From: Deltaproteobacteria bacterium
Lineage (GTDB): Bacteria; Myxococcota; Kuafuiibacteriia; Kuafuiibacteriales; Kuafuiibacteriaceae
DNA: 64,000 bases
Direction of reading: 5' to 3'
Assembly (NCBI GenBank): GCA_040218735.1
Contig: JAVJQW010000006.1
Span: 1 to 64,000, forward strand
Below, piece by piece: positions 1 to 8,363 of the stretch. Under the pieces are notes generated by a model, which saw only the letters and a list, made by a program, of their open reading frames with translations, was not told where the DNA came from and searched no databases. Position numbers and translations under genes: made by a program. Each line of letters begins with the position of its first letter. The stretch's first letter is position 1.

Positions 1-164
1 GAGACGACGCTACCGAGGGCGCAGGTCCTAGCCAGGTGCTGGCCCTCGCGGGCCGCTCGGGGCAAGGGAGGCGCTCCTCGGCAGCTCCGTCACGACCGGT
101 GCGAGTCTATCCCCCCACCGGCAGGAAAAAGGTACAGGGCAAGGGCAAGTTCAAGTTCAAGGGG

Positions 165-190
165 CCGGGCCGACTTCGTCGGCGTCGGCT
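165..190. repeat. REP-like palindromic element / terminator hairpin (gccgac-ttc-gtcggc)
   Basis: Hairpin just downstream of the stop of the minus-strand Ig gene; near-identical to the element at 58550-58611. Confidence 0.45.
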
Positions 191-191
191 G

Positions 192-2861
192 CTACGGCGC
201 GATCCGGTACCGAATCACCAGCCTCGCGCCACCAAGACACGTCTGCACGGCCGTCACGTTGTGGATCCTCAGCGCCCACGTTCCCACCGGGTCCATCGCG
301 TTGAAGTCGTCGAGGGAGTCGAGGCTGGGGTGGAGGGGGGAGATGTGAGGGACCCAGAAGTTGGCGGAGATGACCGCCGACTGATCGAACACGACGGTGA
401 ACAGGCCGTTGAAGTTGAGCGTGTCCCAATCCGTGATGTCGATCAGCCGAACGGAGGTGCCCGCCTTGTCCAACCACAGCCAGAGGTAAGGCGTGAGGAC
501 GCCGAACCCCCACGGGGGATGACACGTGGTGCTGTCGTTGAACGAGAAGTCCACCTCGACATCGACATCCGTCACGACGATCGCGACGTCACCGAGGACG
601 GGCGGGACATCGATCGACGCGGCGACGGCCGGTGACGCCATCGGCCCGAATGAGGGAGATGGGCCGAACCACTCCGCCTCGATCACGCCCGAGAGCGACG
701 TCACCGGGAGCGCCGACGTCGTCATCCCGTTCGGCGCCGTCGCGGTCACGTTTGCGAAGCCCTCGGCGACGCCGAGCAAGATACCGCGGCGGCCCACCGA
801 CGAATCGACGCTCGCGACCGCGGGAGTGTCGCTGTTGAACGTCAGCGAGGTCGTGATCGGATGGACGGCGCCGTTCGAGAACGTGCCCGCGACTTCGAGC
901 TGACCTTCCGCGCTCACCACCACGACAGTGCTCGTGCTCGTGAAGTCGAGAGACAGGAGCGTCGCGTTCGCGACGGTGATCGGCGCGGACGCCGACAGCC
1001 CCACGGCGGTCGCGGTGATCGCCGTCGTTCCCGCTCCCTGCGCAGTGAGTCGGCCGAACGTGTTGCCGAGCTGTCCGACCGTAGCCACGGTGGGATCCTG
1101 CACCGTCCAGGTGGTGGCCTCGGTGACGTCCTCCGAGTGGCCGTCGTTGAAGTGCGCCGTCACCTGCAGGGGCGCCGTCGCGAGCGGCGCGAGCGTGGGC
1201 GTCGGCGCGATCTCCAGCGCGACCGGCACCACCGCGACGAAGGCGAGTGACAAGGACCCGGTGCCCCCGCTCGTCCCGATGCCGTGCGTGGGGTGGTAGG
1301 CGTCGACGACGCACGCGCCCGGCGCGACTGCGGTCGCGAGCCCCGAGGCGTCGATCGACGCGAGCCCGGGGGTACACGACAGGGCGACCTCGGTCGTCAC
1401 GTCGCGATCTTGGTCGGTGAAGTGCCCCACGACCGCGAGCTGCAGAGACTCACCGACGAACGCCGTCGTCGCGCTGGACACCACGGTGAGCGCGTTCAGC
1501 TCGGCCGGCGTCACCGTGACCGTCGTCCGCGTCGAGATTCCCGACGCCACGTCCTCGGCGGTCACGAACGTCGACCCCACGGCGACCGGGTTCAGCGTGC
1601 CATTCGTGTCGACCGTCGCGACCGACGGTGTCGCCGAGGACCAAGTCACCTGCTGCGTGACATCCCGCTCCGAGCCGTCGCTGAAGATCCCCGTCGCCGT
1701 GAGCGCGACCGGTGTGCCGAGCGGCGTCGTCGCGCCTTCGATCCGGAGCCACACGAGGACCGCCGGGCCCACGTCGATCTGCACCGGCGCGGAGGTCACG
1801 CCGTCGAGCGTCGCGGCGATTCGCGCGGCTCCGACCCCGACCAAGCGCACGACGCCCTCGTCGACCGTCGCGACGTCGGGTCGGTCGGTCGTCCACGTCG
1901 AATCATCCGTGACGTCGCGGTGGGTGCCGTCGCGAAGCTCGGCGCGCGCTCGCAGCGCGCGGACGTTGCCCACGTAGCCGGGCGCGACGTTCCCGGTGAT
2001 CTCGAGCGATGCGATCGAAGCCGGTACGATCTCCAGGTCGAGCGACGCCGTCTGGTCCGCGTACCGCGCTTCGATGGTGACGGGCCCCTCACCGATCGCT
2101 TCGAGCCAGCCCTCGTTCACCCGTGCGGCCGAGCTCGGACGAACCGACCACGTCGCCTCGCTCGCGACGTCCTCGACGGCGCCGTCGGAGTAGCGCGCTC
2201 GAGCCTCGAGCAAGACGGTTTCGCCCACCTCGACGGCGCTTCGGGTGGAGGTGACGCTGAGGCCTGTCACCGTCGCCGGTAGCACTTCCACCGTAGCGCG
2301 CGCGACGTGGTCGCCGAGGGTCGCCGTGACGTCGGTGCGGCCGACAGCGTCGCCGGTGACGCTTCCGGCATCGACGCTCACAACCTGTGGGTCGTCTACG
2401 CTCCACTGGACCCGCTCGGTGACGTCCTCGGTTCGCTCGTCCGCGTAGGTCGCGATCGCTGTTAGCGTCTCGGTCGTCCCCGCGTGTATCTCGACGGAGC
2501 CCGGCGTGACTTCGAGCCCGACGACCCCGGCCGCCTCGATCTGGACCTCGAGGAGTGCTTCGAGCTCGCCGAGGATCGCTCGGACGTCGGTCCGTCCGGG
2601 CGCGACGGCTTCGAGCTCTGTCGCCGAGACCGTGCGCCACTTCTGCGCGTCGTAGCGCCACTCGACCTCGTTCGTTACGTCGTCCGTCGTGCCGTCGGAC
2701 CGGATCCGCTGCGCGGCGAGTCGGATGTGTTCACCGACGCGCGGCGACGCCGGCGCGATGGAGACCTCCAGCGCCTCCGGGGGCCCGCGCTCGGGGGCTG
2801 CCGGGGCTCCACAGGCCACGAGGCCAGCGATCCCCAGGAACGTGGCGCGCCCGAGTCCCAC
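192..2861 (-). CDS. Big_2 (bacterial Ig-like group 2) repeat lipoprotein with C-terminal proprotein-convertase P-like domain
   Basis: About 8 repeats of the type DVT..V.WS...P.VATV...G...G...ITAT; lipobox GLVAC; C-terminal LDDFNAMDPVGTWALRI. Start uncertain (GTG 2861; ORF open to 2921). Confidence 0.8.
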   Translation of the reverse strand: MGLGRATFLGIAGLVACGAPAAPERGPPEALEVSIAPASPRVGEHIRLAAQRIRSDGTTDDVTNEVEWRYDAQKWRTVSATELEAVAPGRTDVRAILGELEALLEVQIEAAGVVGLEVTPGSVEIHAGTTETLTAIATYADERTEDVTERVQWSVDDPQVVSVDAGSVTGDAVGRTDVTATLGDHVARATVEVLPATVTGLSVTSTRSAVEVGETVLLEARARYSDGAVEDVASEATWSVRPSSAARVNEGWLEAIGEGPVTIEARYADQTASLDLEIVPASIASLEITGNVAPGYVGNVRALRARAELRDGTHRDVTDDSTWTTDRPDVATVDEGVVRLVGVGAARIAATLDGVTSAPVQIDVGPAVLVWLRIEGATTPLGTPVALTATGIFSDGSERDVTQQVTWSSATPSVATVDTNGTLNPVAVGSTFVTAEDVASGISTRTTVTVTPAELNALTVVSSATTAFVGESLQLAVVGHFTDQDRDVTTEVALSCTPGLASIDASGLATAVAPGACVVDAYHPTHGIGTSGGTGSLSLAFVAVVPVALEIAPTPTLAPLATAPLQVTAHFNDGHSEDVTEATTWTVQDPTVATVGQLGNTFGRLTAQGAGTTAITATAVGLSASAPITVANATLLSLDFTSTSTVVVVSAEGQLEVAGTFSNGAVHPITTSLTFNSDTPAVASVDSSVGRRGILLGVAEGFANVTATAPNGMTTSALPVTSLSGVIEAEWFGPSPSFGPMASPAVAASIDVPPVLGDVAIVVTDVDVEVDFSFNDSTTCHPPWGFGVLTPYLWLWLDKAGTSVRLIDITDWDTLNFNGLFTVVFDQSAVISANFWVPHISPLHPSLDSLDDFNAMDPVGTWALRIHNVTAVQTCLGGARLVIRYRIAP

Positions 2862-2944
2862 GAGCCCTACAGTGCCGGCACGCTCGGATCCGTTCAATCG
2901 CCGGTGCGATCGCCAACACACTCGGCCCGGTTGTACGCCCCTCC

Positions 2945-4051
2945 ATGCACGCGAAAATCCTGCTCCTGCCGATAGCGGCCCTCGTTTCCATCCCCGACAC
3001 CGCCGACGCCTGCGGCGGGTTCTTCTGCAGTCAGGCGCCGGTCCTCCAGACGGCCGAGCGCATCGTGTTCGAGGTCGACGTCGAACAGGTCACCGCGTAC
3101 GTGCAGCTGCAGTACGTCGGTGACGACTTCAACTTCGCCTGGATCGTGCCGGTGCCCTCGACCCCGCAGATCGAGGTCGGCGTCGGACAGGCGATGTTCG
3201 ACGCGCTCGACCGGCAGACGCGGCCACAGTTCGTGGCGCAGGCCGCCGTGTTCGCGTCCGACGAGGAGGCTGCCGGCTGCGGCGGCGGAGGGTTCGACGC
3301 GTCGCCGTGGCTGACCTCTCGCTACGTCCCCGCGCCCGAGGTGAACGTCTACGCGCAGGAGCGCGTCGGCCCCTACGACGCTGTGGTGCTCGACGCCGAG
3401 GACGCGCGCGACCTCAACGACTGGCTCGGCATCAACGGGTACACGCTGGTGCAGGGCTCGGATTCGATCGTCCAGGAGTACCTCGACGACGGGATGAAGC
3501 TGCTCGCGCTCAAGCTCGCGCCCGGGGAGGGCGTCGAGGCGATCGAGCCGGTGAAGTTGACCTACGAGAACCGCGACGGGTGCGCACAGATTCCGGTGAA
3601 GCTGACCGCGATCGCGGCGACGCCCGCGCTGCAGATCACCACGTGGGTCTTCGGGCCGGGGCGCGCGGCGCCGATGAACTTCGAGGAGGCCGAGCTCGAC
3701 CTTTCGCGCGCCTTCGACGACGCGAGTTATCGCACCGCGCTCGCCGCGGGTGTGAACGCCGCGCCGAACGGACACGGCGTCGTCACGGAGTACGCGCGGC
3801 CCAGCGCGTACCTCGACGCCGCTGGGGATCCGGAGCTCGAAGCGTTGCTCGCGCGCAACGCTTACGTCACGCGCATCAGCACCGAGCTCGACCCGGCGGA
3901 GATGACCGTCGATCCCGAGTTCACGATCGACGCTTCGCTGCCGGACGTATCGAACGAGATCCAGGGCGGTCGTCGGCTGGCGCTCACGACCAACATGACC
4001 TTCGGTTTCCTCGCCCTGTACCTGCTCGCGCGTCGGCGGTGGTCGCGATGA
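2945..4051 (+). CDS. DUF2330 domain secreted protein
   Basis: Signal peptide, then ACGGFFC...QTAERIVF, FAWIVPVP, VGPYDAVVL, WLGINGY; C-terminal TM segment + RRR. Confidence 0.85.
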   Translation: MHAKILLLPIAALVSIPDTADACGGFFCSQAPVLQTAERIVFEVDVEQVTAYVQLQYVGDDFNFAWIVPVPSTPQIEVGVGQAMFDALDRQTRPQFVAQAAVFASDEEAAGCGGGGFDASPWLTSRYVPAPEVNVYAQERVGPYDAVVLDAEDARDLNDWLGINGYTLVQGSDSIVQEYLDDGMKLLALKLAPGEGVEAIEPVKLTYENRDGCAQIPVKLTAIAATPALQITTWVFGPGRAAPMNFEEAELDLSRAFDDASYRTALAAGVNAAPNGHGVVTEYARPSAYLDAAGDPELEALLARNAYVTRISTELDPAEMTVDPEFTIDASLPDVSNEIQGGRRLALTTNMTFGFLALYLLARRRWSR

Positions 4052-4446
4052 GGCGTTGGGTGTTCGCGCTGCTGTTGTCGTTGTGCGCGTGCGGCGGCGA
4101 GGAGTCGGCGGGCTCGGCGCCGGTCGTCGAGGGCCTCACGCTCTCGCGGACCGACGTGCGGCGCGGCGTGGAGTTCTTCGCGTCCGCGGTGGTGATGGAC
4201 GTGGACGGAGATCTCGACGAGGCCTACGCGACGTTCCAGCTCGACAGCGTCGACGGCGACACTTCGGTCGAGAGCTCGGTGTACCCGTGGGACACGGAGC
4301 CGGGGGCGACACAGATCGACGTGACGGCCGGTCTGACGCTCTTCGGCAACGCGGATCTCGGGGTCTACGAGCTGTTGATGACGGTCGTGGACGACGCAGG
4401 TCACGCCTCGCGGGCCGCACGCGTGCGCCTCGTCGTCGAGCAGTGA
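4048..4446 (+). CDS. hypothetical lipoprotein (Ig-like)
   Basis: ATGA overlap with the upstream stop; MRRWVFALLLSLCACGG lipobox; D.DGD motif. Confidence 0.7.
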   Translation: MRRWVFALLLSLCACGGEESAGSAPVVEGLTLSRTDVRRGVEFFASAVVMDVDGDLDEAYATFQLDSVDGDTSVESSVYPWDTEPGATQIDVTAGLTLFGNADLGVYELLMTVVDDAGHASRAARVRLVVEQ

Positions 4447-4495
4447 GTGCGTTCGGACGCACCGGTGCCCAACCACGTAGAACCGTCGCTAGAGC

Positions 4496-4525
4496 CCCAT
4501 ACGGGCCATTCTTTCGAAATCTGAC
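4496..4525 (-). promoter_or_regulatory. putative ECF sigma promoter GTCAGATT-N14-CGTATGGG, divergent from the sigma gene
   Basis: Same bipartite motif and spacing as the copies at 10308 and 13750. Confidence 0.55.
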
Positions 4526-4564
4526 GCACCAATTTCGAGCCTCGCCGATATATGATCGTCGAGG

Positions 4565-5188
4565 GTGAGGGGCGTCGCGGAGTTGAAACGGGACGAGCGG
4601 GCGATCGTCATCGCCGCGCTCGATGGTGACACCGAGGCCATGCGCCAGCTGGTGTCGATCGTCCGTCCTGTGATTCAGGCCGAGGTCGCGTGGACGCTTC
4701 GGGACCGCGCACCGATCGGTCGCGGGCGAGATCCCAAGCAGGAGGTTCAGGACCTCGTGCAAGACGTCTTCATCGCGCTCCTCGAAAAGGACGGTCACCG
4801 ACTGCGCGCGTGGGATCCGCAGCGCGGCCGAAGCCTCGCGAGCTTCGTGAAGCTGCTCGCGCGTCGTCGAGTGACGGACGCGTTGCGTTCACGCCCGCGT
4901 TCGCCGTGGACCGAAGAACCGGCGGGCCTCGAAGACATCGGTGAGGTCGCCACGCCCAGCCACGCGGATCACGTCGCAGCGCGCATCGCGGTTCAGCGTG
5001 TCGTGTCGAAGCTGCGCGAGACGATGTCGGAACGCAGCACGGAGATCTTCTCCGCGCTGTACCTCGAAGAGGCCACGGTGGAAGAGGTCTGCGAGAGTCA
5101 CGACCTCAGTCGCGACGCACTCTACGCGTGGCGCGCTCGTTTCAAACGAAGCGTGCGTCGTCTGTCGATGTTGTGGGACGCCGAATGA
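4565..5188 (+). CDS. ECF-type RNA polymerase sigma-70 factor
   Basis: Region 2 EVQDLVQDVFIALL...LRAWDPQRGRSLASFV; region 4 LYLEEATVEEVCESHDLSRDALYAWRAR. Confidence 0.85.
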   Translation: MRGVAELKRDERAIVIAALDGDTEAMRQLVSIVRPVIQAEVAWTLRDRAPIGRGRDPKQEVQDLVQDVFIALLEKDGHRLRAWDPQRGRSLASFVKLLARRRVTDALRSRPRSPWTEEPAGLEDIGEVATPSHADHVAARIAVQRVVSKLRETMSERSTEIFSALYLEEATVEEVCESHDLSRDALYAWRARFKRSVRRLSMLWDAE

Positions 5189-5871
5189 TGGTCGCCGCCG
5201 ACAACGGTCCTCCCGAGATCTGGGCGCGGGTTGCCGCTGGCACGGCGACGCCCTCGGAGCTCGCGGCGCTCGAAGCCGAGGCCCAACACGATCCGTCCGT
5301 GCGTGCGATGCTCGAAGCGTGTCGCCCGCCGGGCGCCACCGCGGACGAGCGCCTCGCGGGGAACCTGTCGCGGGGCATACGCCAGCGGAAGGGGCGGTCG
5401 CGTCGTCGCTGGGCCGGGGTGTCGGTCGCGATGGCGGTGGCGGCCTCCGCGGTGCTGTGGATCGCGCTGCCCCCGAAGGAGTCGCTCCCCGCGTACGCCA
5501 TCGAGGTCGGCCGCGGAGAGTCCGAGATGCGCGGCGGCGATGCGCCCGAGCTGACGGAGCTGTTCCCGTCGAGTCGACTTCGTCTCGTGTTGCGGCCTGC
5601 GGCGCCGCCGTCCGGTCGCGTCGTCTTCACCGCGTTCGTCGAAACGGACCAGGGCTTGGAGCCCTGGCCGGCGCCATTGGAGATCTCCGAGCGCGGCGCG
5701 GCACGCCTCGACGAACGCGTGGGGACGCTCTGGCCGAACCGAACGGGTGACCTCACGCTCGTGTTCCTCGTTGGTCGTAGAGCCGCGACGCTCGAGGAGG
5801 CCAAGACGCGATCCACCGAGGTGTGGCGACGCGTCGAGCACCCGATCCGAATCCGCCCGGAGCACGAGTGA
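5185..5871 (+). CDS. putative single-pass membrane anti-sigma factor
   Basis: ATGA overlap with the sigma gene; N-terminal cytoplasmic part, basic patch, TM segment (VSVAMAVAASAVLWIAL), extracytoplasmic beta domain (LPAY...MRG). Confidence 0.65.
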   Translation: MMVAADNGPPEIWARVAAGTATPSELAALEAEAQHDPSVRAMLEACRPPGATADERLAGNLSRGIRQRKGRSRRRWAGVSVAMAVAASAVLWIALPPKESLPAYAIEVGRGESEMRGGDAPELTELFPSSRLRLVLRPAAPPSGRVVFTAFVETDQGLEPWPAPLEISERGAARLDERVGTLWPNRTGDLTLVFLVGRRAATLEEAKTRSTEVWRRVEHPIRIRPEHE

Positions 5872-8351
5872 CGGCGCTTCGATCGACGGTGCTCGTGGCT
5901 GCGCTCGCGGTCGCGCCGGGTTGTCGCTGCGCCGATAATCGCGCGCCGCTCCCGACCCGTTTTGCGGGGTGCAGCCATGTCCTCGACGCGTCGCAGTGCC
6001 TCGTGCCCTCGGAGGGCGCTGACCTGACGCTGTGGACGGCGGCGCCGTGTGGTGTGTTGTTCGCGCCGGACGAGGCGACGAAGTTGGAGGTCGACGGCGG
6101 CTGTCGCGTCGCGCTGACCGCGGTGACCGAGGACGTCGTGCTCGCAACGACGACCTCCGTGTTCACGCTCCGCGTGAGCACTGCGCCGTCACCGACCCAC
6201 GCTGGCGCCGCCCAGAGCGCGCGCGCGCGGGAGCGACTCGGCGCCGGTGACGCCGAGGACGCCGTCGCGTTGTTGGATGCTGCGTCTGCCGCGCACCGCG
6301 CGGAGGGCGTGATCTCGGACGCCGTCCTGGATCTCCAAGCGGCGGCCTACGCGCTCGCGGTGTCGCTGCATCGGCTCGCCGACGCCGAGGCGCGGCTCGA
6401 TGCCGCCGAACCGATGCTCGCCGACTTCCCGGAGGGCGCCGCGGCGCAGCCCTACTACCGGGGGCTCGTCGCGAAGCTCGCGAACGATCCGATCTCCGCG
6501 CAGCACGACTTCGAACGCGCGCGCACGGCGATGCATCGCCTGGGGCTCGCGCGCTTCGCACGCGGCGTGGCGGCGCAGGAGGTGATCGTCCTCCGTTCCG
6601 CAGGTCGAGGTGAGGAGGCGGACGCGCTGCTGGCTTCGCTCGACGACGGCGCGGCCGAAGGCTGCGACCGGGTACGGTTGCTCCAGAACCTGAGCTGGGC
6701 CGCGCTCCTCGACGCCGACGCCCACGGACGGTCACTCCCTGCGGAGGTGCGGGCGAGGCTCGAAGAAGCGAATCGTCTGCAGGCTCGGCACGTCTGCGAT
6801 CGCCTCGCGGACCGCGGGAGCTTGGCGCTCGCGACCGCGCTCGCGGCGCTGCTGACCGACGATATCGTGACGGCGCGTGAAGCGCTCGAACGTGCGCTGG
6901 AGCGTACCCCGGATCCGGAGCTTCGCTACTGGCGCGCGGAGCTGCTCGCGCGCGTCGCCCATGAGCGCGGAGATACGCGCGCCGCGCTCGAACACCTGCG
7001 TCGCGCGGAGGCCGATGCGGAGCGGAGCCTCTTCATGGCGGCGGTGTGGCGCGCGCGGTCGTGGCGAGCGCGGGTGCATCTCGGGGCAGGCGATCGTGTC
7101 GCAGCGATGGACGCGCTCCTCGCAGCGGAGCGCGCGCTCGACGACGAGGTCCTACGGCTCCCGCTGGAAGCGGGCGGGGCCGCGCTGCTCGCGAACCGTC
7201 GTTCGAGCGCGCTCGCGTTGGCGCGGCTTCACCTCGAATCGGGCGAGCTCCATGAGGCGCTGTGCGTGATGCGCGCCGCGCGTGCGCGTCGACTGGTCGA
7301 CGTCGCGCAGACCCGCCGATTGTCGAACCTCACCCGCGCCGAGCGCCTCCGGTGGTACGAGGCGATCGGTGATCTCGCCTCGGCGCGCGCGGAGCTCGCC
7401 GCGAGTGAACGCGGAGCGTGGGACTTGTCCGCCGCGGAGCGAAGCCTCCTCGCCGCCGACCAAGCGGCCCTCCGGGAGCGCATGCGCGGCGCGCTTCGGG
7501 ATGCGATCGCAGTCGTGCAGTCGCGGCCGACGCCGTTTGTGTGTCGACCGCCCGCGCCGGGTGAGCTGGTGCTCGGTGTCTTTCCGCGTGGCGAGGGTTC
7601 GTGGTGGTTCGCAGCCGACGCATCGGGTGTGCAGGTCGTCGATGCGCTGACTGACGCTCCGACGCTGACGCCGTTCGACGAGGTGCTCGAACGCAACGCG
7701 TCCGTACGTGTCCTCGCCGACGGTGCGGCCCGAGCGGTCGACGTCCACCGACTCGAATGGCGCGGCGAACCGCTCGTGGCAAATCGCCCGGTGGTGTACG
7801 GCCTCGACCTCGGGCCGCTCGCGGAGGCGGACGAGGGGCGGCGGGCCGTCGTCGTCGGGGACCCGCGCGGCAACCTGGCGGGTGCCCGCGACGAGCTCGT
7901 GCGCGTGGCGGCTGCACTGGAGGCGTCGGGGTGGACCGTCGAGGTCCTCCGCGATCGCGACGCGACCGTCGAGCGTGTGCGGGACGCGATGCAGGAGGCA
8001 TCGCTGCTGCACTTCGCCGGACACGCGGACAGCCGCGAGCGCGCACCCGACCAGCTGCTGCTCGCCGACGGAGCGCTGACGGTCGAAGACGTCCTCACCG
8101 CCGAGCGCGTCCCGCGCCGCGTCGTGCTCTCGGGGTGTCGGACTTCGCGAGGTTCGAACGGGATCGATGTCGCGCAAGCCTTCTTGCTCGCGGGGGCCGA
8201 ACAGGTCGTCGCATCTTCCGAAGACCTTCCGGACCGATCGACCGCGGCGATGATCGCTGCGCTGTACACGTCGCCGTCGATCGATCTGTTGCGAGGTCTT
8301 CACGACGCGCCGGGCGCCGCACAGAGCCCGCTGCGCGTATGGGTTCGCTGA
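5868..8351 (+). CDS. TPR-CHAT domain (caspase-like) protease, possibly a lipoprotein
   Basis: GTGA overlap; helical TPR-like repeats; CHAT motifs VVGDPRGNLAGA, LLHFAGHA (His) and VVLSGC (Cys); N-terminal hydrophobic stretch ending APGC. Confidence 0.85.
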   Translation: MTALRSTVLVAALAVAPGCRCADNRAPLPTRFAGCSHVLDASQCLVPSEGADLTLWTAAPCGVLFAPDEATKLEVDGGCRVALTAVTEDVVLATTTSVFTLRVSTAPSPTHAGAAQSARARERLGAGDAEDAVALLDAASAAHRAEGVISDAVLDLQAAAYALAVSLHRLADAEARLDAAEPMLADFPEGAAAQPYYRGLVAKLANDPISAQHDFERARTAMHRLGLARFARGVAAQEVIVLRSAGRGEEADALLASLDDGAAEGCDRVRLLQNLSWAALLDADAHGRSLPAEVRARLEEANRLQARHVCDRLADRGSLALATALAALLTDDIVTAREALERALERTPDPELRYWRAELLARVAHERGDTRAALEHLRRAEADAERSLFMAAVWRARSWRARVHLGAGDRVAAMDALLAAERALDDEVLRLPLEAGGAALLANRRSSALALARLHLESGELHEALCVMRAARARRLVDVAQTRRLSNLTRAERLRWYEAIGDLASARAELAASERGAWDLSAAERSLLAADQAALRERMRGALRDAIAVVQSRPTPFVCRPPAPGELVLGVFPRGEGSWWFAADASGVQVVDALTDAPTLTPFDEVLERNASVRVLADGAARAVDVHRLEWRGEPLVANRPVVYGLDLGPLAEADEGRRAVVVGDPRGNLAGARDELVRVAAALEASGWTVEVLRDRDATVERVRDAMQEASLLHFAGHADSRERAPDQLLLADGALTVEDVLTAERVPRRVVLSGCRTSRGSNGIDVAQAFLLAGAEQVVASSEDLPDRSTAAMIAALYTSPSIDLLRGLHDAPGAAQSPLRVWVR

Positions 8352-8363
8352 AAAGGAGTCGTC

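Noticed and set aside
1-130. Possible ncRNA or IS end at the window start
   Set aside because: No recognisable RNA family or terminal repeat, and the context is truncated
134-163. Hexamer run cagggc-aagggc-aagttc-aagttc-aagggg
   Set aside because: Too short and degenerate, with no spacers and no second copy in the window; not a CRISPR array or iteron set
4526-4551. gcaccaa-N11-gccgatat as a sigma28 promoter for the sigma gene
   Set aside because: Spacing is off by one and the -35 match is poor; the overlapping TATGAT is an equally plausible sigma70 -10
8336-8343. CGTATGGG before the S8 gene as a full fourth ECF promoter
   Set aside because: The upstream -35 position (gcgccgca) does not match GTCRGAT, and the site lies in coding sequence
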